A DNA stretch of 64,000 nucleotides from a bacterium (GTDB taxonomy: Bacteria; Krumholzibacteriota; Krumholzibacteriia; G020349025). The translations under genes and the position numbers were made by a program. The notes beneath the pieces were generated by a model. That model was not told the DNA's origin. It searched no databases and saw nothing but the letters and a program-made list of their open reading frames with translations. The stretch's first letter is position 1, and each line of letters starts with the position of its first letter. The stretch spans positions 1 to 64,000 of the forward strand of contig JANLSU010000029.1 in the NCBI GenBank assembly GCA_031362565.1, read 5' to 3'. This document shows positions 1 through 9,225 of the stretch, in pieces.

Positions 1-139
1 AACGCATCAAGCGCCGGCCGCAGCGCCGCCGGCTGGACAGAAACCGCGGAGGTAAGACAGACTCAAACCGCTACGCCGACGGGGACCAGGGGGGGAATGC
101 TTCTGAAAACGTGGGGGGAAAGGTCCTGAAAAGCGACAC

Positions 140-320
140 GAGATCGAACCGCTGACTGTCCCGACGTTATCCGTCCCGCGACCTTGGGGCGGGGAGCAGT
201 GGCTCGGACGCTGGGTTGTCGAGCCCATGGCAGCGGGGCGACTTCGTGACGACACTCGCGGACGTGCTTAGGGCTCAGGAGGTCCGCTGCTTCCCGTTCG
301 GACCGATGCCGGGGTCGAAC
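140..320 (-). ncRNA. Candidate divergent cobalamin-riboswitch-like leader for a gene starting at or beyond the left window edge
   Basis: Minus strand carries, in order, AACGGGAA (298-291), CCCCGC (238-233), GCCACTG (203-197), GGGACGG (177-171) and AGTCAG (157-152), the order of conserved B12-riboswitch blocks. Spacing and the 3' B12 box deviate from consensus. Confidence 0.3.
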
Positions 321-383
321 CGAAAACTGCAGTAGCCGGCTCAGGGGCTGCGCCGTTAGGATCTTGGCCTCTGGAGGGCTGGG

Positions 384-1085
384 ATGCGGTGGTGGGCTTT
401 TGGTTTCGCTCTGGTCTGTTGGGCGGCGCGCGCCAGCGCGTCTCCGGTCCAGCACTTCGCGATCGTGCAAGAGGTTGCCCGTGATGGCAACGCGCCGGTC
501 GCACGGCAGGATGAATTCCTCGATTCGTCATTCTACGTCGTCTGGCCGCGCCAACATCTGACGCTCACCCTCGGCAGTTTTGCGAATGGCGCCGAATGGG
601 GCGGTTACTTGCGTGACCGGCGTGGTTCCACGTACGAGATGGCGCTTCGCCGGCGCCAAAACGGCTGGCTCTCGGACACCGCGCTCGACTTGGGCACGGA
701 ACAGCGCTTCCGGCGCACCGTTTTGGGTGGGGGCGTGCGCGCCTTCTGGCCGGACGCGCCGGAGACGAGCAATCTGCTCCTTGTGCCTTCGGGCGGCGTG
801 CAGGTGTACTACCGGAACGAATCCTTTGTTTCCCTGCGGCTCGTGTATGATCCGCGGCCCAACACCGGGACGACACTGCGTTTCGCGAACCGCTGGGCGC
901 GTGGCCACGCTTTCATCGAAACGGCAATTGCACCGCGCACCGATGGCGTCGTGAACTGGTCGATGCAGGGGCGCTGGGGCTACGCGCTCTTTGGCTACGG
1001 GCACGAGCGCGATTTCGATTTCAGCCGGCTCGACCGGCGGGTGTGGTCGTTCGGCTTCCAATACGACTTCTCGCCGGCGCCCTAG
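384..1085 (+). CDS. Secreted protein, probable small outer-membrane beta-barrel
   Basis: Signal peptide ending A-S-A, GGAGG RBS, alternating hydrophobic/aromatic beta-strand pattern, near-terminal WSFGFQYDF beta-signal-like strand. Confidence 0.7.
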   Translation: MRWWAFGFALVCWAARASASPVQHFAIVQEVARDGNAPVARQDEFLDSSFYVVWPRQHLTLTLGSFANGAEWGGYLRDRRGSTYEMALRRRQNGWLSDTALDLGTEQRFRRTVLGGGVRAFWPDAPETSNLLLVPSGGVQVYYRNESFVSLRLVYDPRPNTGTTLRFANRWARGHAFIETAIAPRTDGVVNWSMQGRWGYALFGYGHERDFDFSRLDRRVWSFGFQYDFSPAP

Positions 1086-1112
1086 GCGATCCCACTCGCG
1101 AAGGATGGCATC

Positions 1113-2051
1113 GTGCTGCGACCGCGCGTCGGCGCCGCGCTCGTCGCGGTGCAGATTTTCTTCGGCGTGCACTATTTCACCGCCAAGCTGGCGCTCGGCA
1201 TGGTGCCACCGCGCGCTTGGGCCTCGATTCGCATCGCCGGCGCGGCCGTTGTGATGGCCGCGTGGCAGATTCTGATCCGCCGCCGCGGCAACCCGGCGCG
1301 CCGCGATTTGCCGCGCCTGGCGCTCTACGCCTTCTTCGGCATCGTCGTGAACCAGATCCTGTTCGCAGAGGGCTTGGCGCGTACGACGCCGTCCCATTCG
1401 GCGATCCTGAACAGTCTCATCCCGGTGATGACCCTCGCCTTTGCGCTCGTGGCCCGCCAGGAAGGCGTCACGCGCCTGAGGATCCTCGCCCTCGCCGTGT
1501 CGCTCGTGAGCGTGCTGGTGCTCTTGCGCGTCGAGAACTTCCGCCTCGAGGAGGAGTGGGTGGCCGGTGATTTGTTGACGCTCGCCAACGGCGCCGCGTT
1601 CTCGATCTACTTGGTGATCTCACGCAATGCGATGCGGCGCATGGATCCGATCGGCGCCATCACCTGGATCCTGGGGTTCGGTGCGGTGGGGATTCTGGCG
1701 TTCGGGGCGCCGGTGCTGGTGCACGTCGACTACGCGGCGGTGCCGTTGCAGTTCTGGGCCCTGGCGGCCTACGCGATCGTCTTCGCGACGGTGCTGGCCT
1801 ACGGTTTGAACGCTTACGCGCTGGCACACACCGACTCGTCGATGGTGGCGCTCTTCATCTACTTGCAGCCGCCGATCGCGACCGCGCTCTCGATGGCGTT
1901 CCTGCACGAACGGCCGGATGGGCGCTTTTGGCTCGCTGCCGCCGGCGTCTTTACCGGCGTGGGCCTCGCGGTTCTCGATCGCAGCCGCGGCGGCGCTCAG
2001 CTCACCATGAGAGGCCCGAGCGGCCGGCGGCCCGAGAACCCCGTGTCGTAG
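1113..2051 (+). CDS. DMT/EamA family transporter
   Basis: About 10 TM helices in two EamA repeats (GDLLTL, YLQPPIA, FLHE motifs). Confidence 0.9.
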   Translation: MLRPRVGAALVAVQIFFGVHYFTAKLALGMVPPRAWASIRIAGAAVVMAAWQILIRRRGNPARRDLPRLALYAFFGIVVNQILFAEGLARTTPSHSAILNSLIPVMTLAFALVARQEGVTRLRILALAVSLVSVLVLLRVENFRLEEEWVAGDLLTLANGAAFSIYLVISRNAMRRMDPIGAITWILGFGAVGILAFGAPVLVHVDYAAVPLQFWALAAYAIVFATVLAYGLNAYALAHTDSSMVALFIYLQPPIATALSMAFLHERPDGRFWLAAAGVFTGVGLAVLDRSRGGAQLTMRGPSGRRPENPVS

Positions 2052-2356
2052 TCATGGAAGTAGTCGAGGCTGTCCTCGGGGTAGTGCCAGCAATAGTAGA
2101 GTCCATCGCCGCTGTCGAAGTCGACGAGCCAAAGGCCTTTGACCTCGCACCCCAGTTCGATGATTTGCTCGGCCCAGCCGCGCACCAGCGCGTTGTACTG
2201 AGTTTCGAGCTGCATGCGCTCGTTGTTCGGTGCCATTTCTTCGATCCGGGCCGCGAGTTTTTCGGCGCGGGTCACCGCCGCATTCGTGATGTTGCGAACC
2301 TGCGGTAGCAGTGCCTGGGCTTCCCGGATGGTGAAGATTCTTTTGTGTTCATTCAT
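1997..2356 (-). CDS. DUF2203 family protein
   Basis: FTIREAQALLP N-terminus, GCEVKG-LVDF and YYCWHYPE...GFSGRRPL motifs. Start re-picked at ATG 2356. Confidence 0.85.
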   Translation of the reverse strand: MNEHKRIFTIREAQALLPQVRNITNAAVTRAEKLAARIEEMAPNNERMQLETQYNALVRGWAEQIIELGCEVKGLWLVDFDSGDGLYYCWHYPEDSLDYFHDYDTGFSGRRPLGPLMVS

Positions 2357-2426
2357 GCTGTGCACGCCGCTCTGGCGGCGTCTCCCCCCCTGTGCAGTGA
2401 AGTGCGGCACAAAGCCGCCGTCATGA

Positions 2427-3752
2427 TCACGCCACGCCGGCTGCAACCGAACGCAACGCTTCGATCTCTTGGCGGCCCTTGGGCGCCGCCGCGGTCAGAA
2501 CTTCGTTCCCGTCCACCGTCACGAGGACATCGTCCTCGATGCGAATGCCGATGCCGCGGAAAGCCGCCGGTGCGCCCTCCGCATCCGCGGCCACGTACAG
2601 GCCGGGCTCCACGGTGACGACCATGCCGGGTTCCAGGACGCGCGACGCGCCGCCGACGTCGTACAAGCCCACGTCGTGCACGTCGAGGCCCAGCCAATGT
2701 CCGGTCCGGTGCATGTAATAGGTGCGATAGTCGCCGCTCTCGCGGACGCGCGCCGCGGGGCCGGTGAGAAATCCCAAATCCACGAGCCCGGCGCAAAGTA
2801 CATCGACGGCGCGATCGTGCGCGTCGCTGAAACGCGCCCCCGGCCGCACCGTCTCGATGGCTGCAAGCTGGGCGTCGAGAACCAAGTCGTAGAGCGCCGC
2901 CTGTTCGGATGTGAAGCGCGTGCCGGCCGGAAAAGTGCGCGTGACGTCGCTCGCGTACGAGTCCACCTCGCACCCGGCGTCCACCAACACCGCTTGTCCT
3001 TCCTGGAGCTGCGAGCGGTTCTCCCGATAGTGCAGGATGGTGGCGTTGTCACCAGTGCCGACGATGCTGCCGTAGGCCGGGCCGCTGGCACCGGAGGTCC
3101 GAAACTCGTGTTCGAGCATCGCCTCGATTTCGAACTCGTGCATGCCCGGACGCGCATCGCGCATGACACGCGCGTGCGCCGTGCAGGTCACCCGCGCCGC
3201 GACGCGCATGCGGTCGAGTTCATAGGCGTCCTTGAGGATGCGCATCTCGTGCACGACCGGGCCCGGATCTTCGATCCGCACGATGCCGCGGCCACGCCGC
3301 GGACGGGTGCGCCGGTGTTCCGCCACGAGCCCGAGAACGCGGGCATCCATGATGCTGTCGCGCCCGAGCGCGTAGCAGAGCGTCTCGCAGTCCTGCAGCA
3401 ACTCGGGCAAGCGGGTTTCGAGTTCAGAAAGCGGATAGGCGGCATCGGCACCATACTTCGCACAGGCGCCTTCGACACCGGCGCGGCGGCCGTTCCAAAT
3501 CTCCGCATCGCGGTCCCGCGGGCGGACGAACAGCACGTAGCGCGGTTCGGGCGCCTGGCGGAGCACGCAGACCGCATCGGGCTCGTCGAAGCCGGTCAAA
3601 TAGTGGAAGTCGCTGTCTTGCCGGAAGGGGAACTCGGAATCGGCGCTGCGGAGCGTCAGACGTGCGGCCGGCAGCAACAGGGCAGCCGGGCCCAAGCGCT
3701 CAAGGACACGCTCACGCCGTTCCGCGGCGCGCGGCAGGTGCGACAATGTCAT
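2427..3752 (-). CDS. pepP: Xaa-Pro aminopeptidase (aminopeptidase P, M24B)
   Basis: FRQDSDFHYLTGF N-domain, DAG/SDVTRT, HWLGLDVHD, TVEPGLY and GIRIEDD metal-binding motifs. GGAG RBS before ATG 3752. Confidence 0.95.
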   Translation of the reverse strand: MTLSHLPRAAERRERVLERLGPAALLLPAARLTLRSADSEFPFRQDSDFHYLTGFDEPDAVCVLRQAPEPRYVLFVRPRDRDAEIWNGRRAGVEGACAKYGADAAYPLSELETRLPELLQDCETLCYALGRDSIMDARVLGLVAEHRRTRPRRGRGIVRIEDPGPVVHEMRILKDAYELDRMRVAARVTCTAHARVMRDARPGMHEFEIEAMLEHEFRTSGASGPAYGSIVGTGDNATILHYRENRSQLQEGQAVLVDAGCEVDSYASDVTRTFPAGTRFTSEQAALYDLVLDAQLAAIETVRPGARFSDAHDRAVDVLCAGLVDLGFLTGPAARVRESGDYRTYYMHRTGHWLGLDVHDVGLYDVGGASRVLEPGMVVTVEPGLYVAADAEGAPAAFRGIGIRIEDDVLVTVDGNEVLTAAAPKGRQEIEALRSVAAGVA

Positions 3753-3790
3753 GAACTCTCCCGTGCGCCGCAGGGCAGCAGCGCGGGTCG

Positions 3791-3819
3791 AGTATACGCG
3801 GCAGGCCTCATCCGGGCAA
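3791..3819 (-). promoter_or_regulatory. sigma70-type promoter for pepP
   Basis: TTGCCC-N17-TATACT on the minus strand, about 40 nt upstream of the pepP start. Confidence 0.6.
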
Positions 3820-3895
3820 CGCTGAACGCCCCTCATGACATCTTATAGGGGTGCGCCGTTGCGGGCGTGGCGGGCGGCGTCTGACTTTCTGTCAA

Positions 3896-6667
3896 TCAGT
3901 GCTTGCCGGGGGTCGAATCCGGCGGCGCCTTCTGGCCACCGAGAAGGCCGCCGAGCTTGCCGCCCAGTTTCTTCTTCGCATCCTCGAGTGCCTTGCGGCC
4001 GGCGTCGGCCGGAGTCGCGGGCACTGCAGGCGCCGCAGGTGAGCCCGCCGGCCCCGCTGCAGCTCCGGGGATGGAACCCAAAAGGCCGCCCAAGAGGCGA
4101 CGCGCGGTGGTTTCGGTGAGCGCCGAAAGTCCCGCCCGCCCGGCCGTCTTCTGCATGTCGAGTTGGAGTTTGGGAGCGCGGCCCGTGCCGCCGACTTTGA
4201 CGTCGAACACCAGTCGTCCATCGGAGTTCGTGAACAACGACGACAGCGCCCCCACGCCGCGTGCCGCCATCGCCCGGCGCGATTGCTCGGCCGACAACGC
4301 CAGGTCCAAAGTCAGATCCAGGCTGCCATCCAAACCGAGACTGCCACCCACGACGGCGTCGAGATCGTTGGCGTGAATCTTACAATCGCGCACCGCGAGC
4401 CGGCCCGCTTCGATGGCGAACTGCATGCCGAGATCGCGATACGGCAGGTTGCGCAAGCTCGGCAGGCCGAGAAGTGATGCGAGTTCGGTTACGACCGGCA
4501 GATCCTGAATGTGCCCGTTGAGCGACATCGCCTGGCCGCCGCCGCTCAGGGTGCGGCGAATCTGCTCGGGTTCCGCGCCGGCGAACAGCCAGTTCGATTT
4601 CAGATCGATGTTGCCGGTGATGACGTTGCGCAACGGCGTCACGCTGCCCAAGAAGGTGTTCGCGTCGATGCTGTTGGCCGTGGCATCGATCGCGTACTTG
4701 GGCTCTGCCGCATTGGCCAGGTCGAGGATGGCCTTGCCCTCCAGCTTGCCGCCGTAGGCCGCGCCCCGCATGTTCGGTAAGCGAATTTCGGTGCCGGCGA
4801 TTTCGAGATCGCTGGTGAGCGCCGTGGCTTCGATTTTTTGCAGCAGCGCATGCTCGGCGCGCAATGAACCCACGCCGTGCTGCCCGGCGACATGTAGCGT
4901 TGCATCGGCGCTGCGGAGCACCGTCTGGTCGGCGCGCAACTCACCGGCGCGGACCCGGACGTCGGCGGCCTGCGGATCGCCCTCTGCCGAAAAGACGACG
5001 TCGTGCAGCGTGCCGGATTCGAATGCGACTTCGCGCGCCGTGAGGTCGAGCGTGTAGTCGGCAGCCGGCAACACCGGCAAGAGCGGCGGGGCGCCGGGGG
5101 CACTCGATGCAGCCGTCGCGGTGCCAGCGGTGGTACCCGCCGTGCCGTGCGCCGTGGTTGTCGCAACGGGCAGAAGCGCCACGAGATCGAGCCGCTGGGT
5201 CGTGCCCCTGAGCGCGATGCGCGGCAAGCGCGGCGGCAGCGCCGGCCAGACCGATCCGGTGAGATTGATTTCGGAGCTGCCGGCGCGCAGTTGGGCCGAC
5301 TCGATTCGCAACGCCGTGCCCGCACCTACGAGACGCGCCTCGGCATGGACCGGTTGCCGCAAGTCGGCGCTGCGAATCTCGACGTCATGCAGCGCCACCG
5401 GTCCTTCGAGTGCAACGCTGTCGGGGCGCGCGGTGCGGCCGCGCAGACGCAGATCGACTTCGGCGCGGCCGGCGAGCGACGTGCCGGGCGGCATCGGTGC
5501 GACCCGCGTCAGCTCGCGCAAATCAAGGTTGGCGTTTAGACGCACGTCGTAACGGGCGAGGGCCGGTTGGGCCGCATCGAGCACGAGTCCGGTCAGGTGC
5601 ACCGGGGACGAACCGATTTGGGCGCCGAGTGCGGTGATGCGCAATGAATCGCCGGCGATTTCGACGCGCGCCGCCAGTTGGGAGACGCGTTCCGGCAATC
5701 CCGCTGCTTGCACCATACCATCGTGCAGTTCGAGCGTCCCGTGGGCGACCGGCAGCCCGGGCGGCACGCAATCGGCGCGTAGGTCGAAACGCAGGCTGCC
5801 CTGGGCGCGCAGCCCGGTCGATTGGGTTGTTTCCGGTGGCAACGCGGCGAGCAGCTTGGCCAAGTCGACGCCATCGCTCCGCGTCCGGAGATGAAATTCC
5901 GGTTTGCCGTGCGTCTGCCGCGCCGTTCCAGCGACATCGACGACCGCGTCGTTGATCCACAAGCGAATGCGGTCGAGTGTGGCGCTCGAGTCGGCAACAT
6001 TGAGATGGACATCGGGTTCGATCCTGAGCCGCGGGACGCGCAAGCCGCGCACTTTGCCGTGCACGGCGGCCGAGTCGGCCGTGATCCAGCCCGAAAGGTG
6101 CACGTTGTGCAACCCCCGGTCGGCAGCGAGTTGGATGGCCGCGGCCACCGGCAGCGTGACGTCGATGCCGAACGGCAGGCTTGCGACATGCACCGCCACC
6201 GGGTCGATCTCGAGGCTCTCGATCGCCAGATCGAGGCCGCCTTCGGATCGTTGGGAAGGCGCTCCGCCCGCAGTGCCACCGGTGGGGACCGCCCAGTTCC
6301 AAATCCGGTCGGCGCGTTGTTCGATCCACGCTTCGGGTCCGACGACATGAATGCGGCGAATGGCAATCTGGCGTCGCAGAAGCGGCAAGAGCTGGGGCTC
6401 GAGGTCGAGCCGCGCAATGTTCAAAAGATCGGGCGCCGTGAAGCCCGGCGGCGCACCGATGCGGACACCGTCGACGCGGATGGCGAGCGGTGGCATCGAA
6501 ACGTGCACTGCCGACAACTGCACGGGCCGGCCGAGGGCGGTCGAAAGCTGCGCTTGTACGAGCCCGCGCAATCGTTCGGGCGGCAAAGCCGAGCGGATGT
6601 ACAGACCCAATGCGACGGCGATCACAATCAGTACGGCAGGTCCCAGGAGCCAGCGCCTCGTCTTCAT
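3896..6667 (-). CDS. AsmA family protein (AsmA N-terminal and AsmA-like C-terminal regions)
   Basis: N-terminal TM anchor, LSTALGRPVQL, LLPLLRRQIAI...WNW, repeated beta-taco strands, AYGGKLEG and GGSLGLDGSLDL motifs. AAGGAGG RBS before ATG 6667. Confidence 0.85.
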   Translation of the reverse strand: MKTRRWLLGPAVLIVIAVALGLYIRSALPPERLRGLVQAQLSTALGRPVQLSAVHVSMPPLAIRVDGVRIGAPPGFTAPDLLNIARLDLEPQLLPLLRRQIAIRRIHVVGPEAWIEQRADRIWNWAVPTGGTAGGAPSQRSEGGLDLAIESLEIDPVAVHVASLPFGIDVTLPVAAAIQLAADRGLHNVHLSGWITADSAAVHGKVRGLRVPRLRIEPDVHLNVADSSATLDRIRLWINDAVVDVAGTARQTHGKPEFHLRTRSDGVDLAKLLAALPPETTQSTGLRAQGSLRFDLRADCVPPGLPVAHGTLELHDGMVQAAGLPERVSQLAARVEIAGDSLRITALGAQIGSSPVHLTGLVLDAAQPALARYDVRLNANLDLRELTRVAPMPPGTSLAGRAEVDLRLRGRTARPDSVALEGPVALHDVEIRSADLRQPVHAEARLVGAGTALRIESAQLRAGSSEINLTGSVWPALPPRLPRIALRGTTQRLDLVALLPVATTTAHGTAGTTAGTATAASSAPGAPPLLPVLPAADYTLDLTAREVAFESGTLHDVVFSAEGDPQAADVRVRAGELRADQTVLRSADATLHVAGQHGVGSLRAEHALLQKIEATALTSDLEIAGTEIRLPNMRGAAYGGKLEGKAILDLANAAEPKYAIDATANSIDANTFLGSVTPLRNVITGNIDLKSNWLFAGAEPEQIRRTLSGGGQAMSLNGHIQDLPVVTELASLLGLPSLRNLPYRDLGMQFAIEAGRLAVRDCKIHANDLDAVVGGSLGLDGSLDLTLDLALSAEQSRRAMAARGVGALSSLFTNSDGRLVFDVKVGGTGRAPKLQLDMQKTAGRAGLSALTETTARRLLGGLLGSIPGAAAGPAGSPAAPAVPATPADAGRKALEDAKKKLGGKLGGLLGGQKAPPDSTPGKH

Positions 6668-6765
6668 CCCGACCTCCTTCCGGCTCACGTAAAACCGGCG
6701 GAAGTGTACACTACGCGGGCTTCGTGCGCCCGCCAACGAACCGCCGACCCGAGGAGGCGAATTGC

Positions 6766-7968
6766 GTGACCGCCGGCACTGATTCGGTCTGGCACTCGAC
6801 GGCACTCGACCTCGAGTGCACCCGCTGCAGCACCGTCCTGCCGCTCGATGCACCGCACAACCTGTGCACCTGCGGCGCACCGCTTTCGACCCGCTACGAT
6901 CTCGATGCAGCACGCCGTCTGTTGCTGCGCACGGCTCTCGCGGAGCGCCCGGCGGATCTGTGGCGCTATCGCGAGTTACTGCCCGTTGGCCAGGCGAAGT
7001 ATTGCGTGACCCTCGGCGAGGGCATGACGCCGCTTCTCGATCTGCCACGTCTTGGGGCGCGCGCCGGCCTGCGGCTCGCCTTGAAGGACGAAAGCCTGAA
7101 TCCGACGAACTCGTTCAAGGCGCGCGGCATGGCGACGGCGGTTTCGCGGGCTCTCGAATTGGGACTCGAGCATCTGGCGATCCCGTCGGCCGGTAATGCG
7201 GGTTGCGCGCTGGCCGCGTACGCGGCGCGCGCCGGGTTGCGCGCCACCGTCTTCATGCCCGCCGACACCTCGCGCGAGTTCGCGGACGAATGCCGCGTCC
7301 TCGGCGCCGAGGTCGAGATGGTGGATGGGCTGATCAACGACTGCGCAGAGCGCGTCCTCGCCGGGCGCGCGACGCACGGCTGGTTCGACATGTCGACGCT
7401 CAAGGAACCGTACCGGCTCGAAGGCAAGAAGACGCTCGGCCTCGAACTGGCGGAGCAGATGAATTGGACGCTCCCCGACGTCATTGTCTATCCGACCGGC
7501 GGCGGTACGGGGTTGGTCGGCATGTGGAAGGCGTTCGACGAGATGCAGCGTTTGGGTTGGATCGATGCACGCCGGCCCCGCATGGTGACCGTACAAGCAA
7601 CGGGTTGCCAACCGATGGTGCGGGCTTTTCACGCCGGTACGGAGCGCGCCGCGATGTGGGAGAACGCGACGACGTTCGCGCTCGGTCTCCGGGTCCCGGG
7701 CGCCGTCGGCGACTTCCTCATCTTACGGGCGCTGCGCGACAGTCATGGGACCGCGATCGCGGTGAGCGATGCGAGCATGGCGCGCGCCGGCCGCGAACTG
7801 GCCGCGACGGAAGGCGTGTTCGCGTCGCCCGAAGGCGCGGCAACCTGGGCCGCCGCTCTCGAGCTGCGTGCCGCAGGCTGGTTGCGTGACGGCGAGTCCG
7901 TCGTGTTGTTCAATACCGGCGGCTGGTACAAGTACGCCGAGGGTTGGCGTCAAGCGCTCGGTTTGTGA
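6766..7968 (+). CDS. thrC: Threonine synthase (PLP-dependent, fold type II)
   Basis: CxxC...CxC N-terminal Zn ribbon, TLGEGMTPL, NPTNSFKARG (PLP Lys), SAGNAG, PTGGGTG. GAGGAGG RBS before GTG 6766. Confidence 0.9.
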   Translation: MTAGTDSVWHSTALDLECTRCSTVLPLDAPHNLCTCGAPLSTRYDLDAARRLLLRTALAERPADLWRYRELLPVGQAKYCVTLGEGMTPLLDLPRLGARAGLRLALKDESLNPTNSFKARGMATAVSRALELGLEHLAIPSAGNAGCALAAYAARAGLRATVFMPADTSREFADECRVLGAEVEMVDGLINDCAERVLAGRATHGWFDMSTLKEPYRLEGKKTLGLELAEQMNWTLPDVIVYPTGGGTGLVGMWKAFDEMQRLGWIDARRPRMVTVQATGCQPMVRAFHAGTERAAMWENATTFALGLRVPGAVGDFLILRALRDSHGTAIAVSDASMARAGRELAATEGVFASPEGAATWAAALELRAAGWLRDGESVVLFNTGGWYKYAEGWRQALGL

Positions 7969-7978
7969 GCCGCACGCT

Positions 7979-8962
7979 TCAGGCGCCGACCGGTGCACCG
8001 CGCAGTGCTGCCGTCAGTCCGGCGGCGAGTTCGGCCGAGGTGTATTCGCTCGCATTCAGGTTCCGAAGCACGTCGTGCAGGAGCGGTTCGTCGCTCCAGA
8101 AACCCTGGTCGAGCATCCAGAGCGCCGTGAGCAGTGCATCGCGCAAGCGCGGCACACGTTTCGATTGCACCATGAGTCCCGCGTACCACACCGCCAGCAC
8201 GTGCGCCGAGAGCAGCAGGTGCCAGCCGGCGATCATGCCGGCCGGTGCCGTGAGCCACGGACTGCCGACCAGACGATGCTGCGCGTACGTGGAAAGCAGT
8301 TTCTGCTCGAAGCCGCCGAGGGCCGGCAATCCGATGTCGTTGCGGTGCTCGGCCCACTGCAGCAGGGCGCGCGCTTCGTCGACGAACGGCCGCGACGATG
8401 CATGTTCGACGAGATGTCCGGTGAGGCCGCGCACGAACTGTTGCAACGCCTGCAGCGGCTCGCCGTGCCGCTCGACGTCCGGTGCCGGCACGCCCGGCGG
8501 CACCTTCCAAGCGGTCTCGAGTGCTTCCAGGTCGACTTGCGGCCCGCGCTTGGCTTGCCGGAACAGATCTTCGGCGACTTGCAGGCGCAACCGGCCGCGC
8601 ATGAAGCCGGCCGCCGGATCGTTCGGCACGGCGGCCAAATCATCGAGCAGCCCGTCCCCGAGCCAGTAGTAATGGCTCCAGTCGAGCGGGAGATCCGGAG
8701 TCAGACGCGCTTCATGCACCTCGTGCACCGGCACGTGGCGGAGCGGCGCCGTGTCGTCTTCGATCTCGAGCGTCAATTCGAAGGGCTGGGCGCGCAACAG
8801 CGACGCCAGCACGTCCTTGGTGGCCGGGAGGGCTTGCAGAACGACGCGATGCGGCGTCCGCACCGCACTGACGCGTTCGGCGGGAGGCAAGTCGAGCAAT
8901 GCGCTCGGAAACCAACGCACGAGAGACCGTTGTTCGACTGCCGCAATGTCCGGCGCTTCCAT
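7979..8962 (-). CDS. Hypothetical protein
   Basis: 327-aa ORF with a GAGGAG RBS and protein-like composition that fills the gap between thrC and aroA. No family recognised. Confidence 0.7.
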   Translation of the reverse strand: MEAPDIAAVEQRSLVRWFPSALLDLPPAERVSAVRTPHRVVLQALPATKDVLASLLRAQPFELTLEIEDDTAPLRHVPVHEVHEARLTPDLPLDWSHYYWLGDGLLDDLAAVPNDPAAGFMRGRLRLQVAEDLFRQAKRGPQVDLEALETAWKVPPGVPAPDVERHGEPLQALQQFVRGLTGHLVEHASSRPFVDEARALLQWAEHRNDIGLPALGGFEQKLLSTYAQHRLVGSPWLTAPAGMIAGWHLLLSAHVLAVWYAGLMVQSKRVPRLRDALLTALWMLDQGFWSDEPLLHDVLRNLNASEYTSAELAAGLTAALRGAPVGA

Positions 8963-9225
8963 GCAGACTCCTCACGCTGGTCTCGTCCGGTCGGAGCCTC
9001 TTGGCGCGCACCGGCGCCGCGATTCCGCGGTGGCGCACCAGAGGGGGACGACGGCGCTTTGCAAGGCCGGTTCCAGGAAGGCGGCGCCGCCGTGTTGCAG
9101 GCGCCGTGGAGCCCCGCACGACCCCGGCGTCGTGCGCCGTCCTTCCTGTGAAGCGCGTGGTTGGTTAGAGTGGACCGCAGACCGGGGCGAATCGCGTCTC
9201 TTGACCCAACGGGGGCAGAGCAGAA

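Noticed and set aside
110..370. Resemblance to SRP RNA (GGTCCGAACGGGAAGCAGC), RNase P, 6S RNA or a tRNA T-arm
   Set aside because: Each match is partial: no cloverleaf with CCA, too short and lacking key helices for RNase P, and the SRP loop spacing is wrong.
8963..8974. In-frame TGA-GGA-GTC-TGC upstream of the 7979-8962 gene, which could read as a selenocysteine UxxC motif
   Set aside because: The TGA is part of a well-placed GAGGAG RBS, the upstream frame is an antisense shadow of aroA with no protein-like features, and no SECIS was evident.
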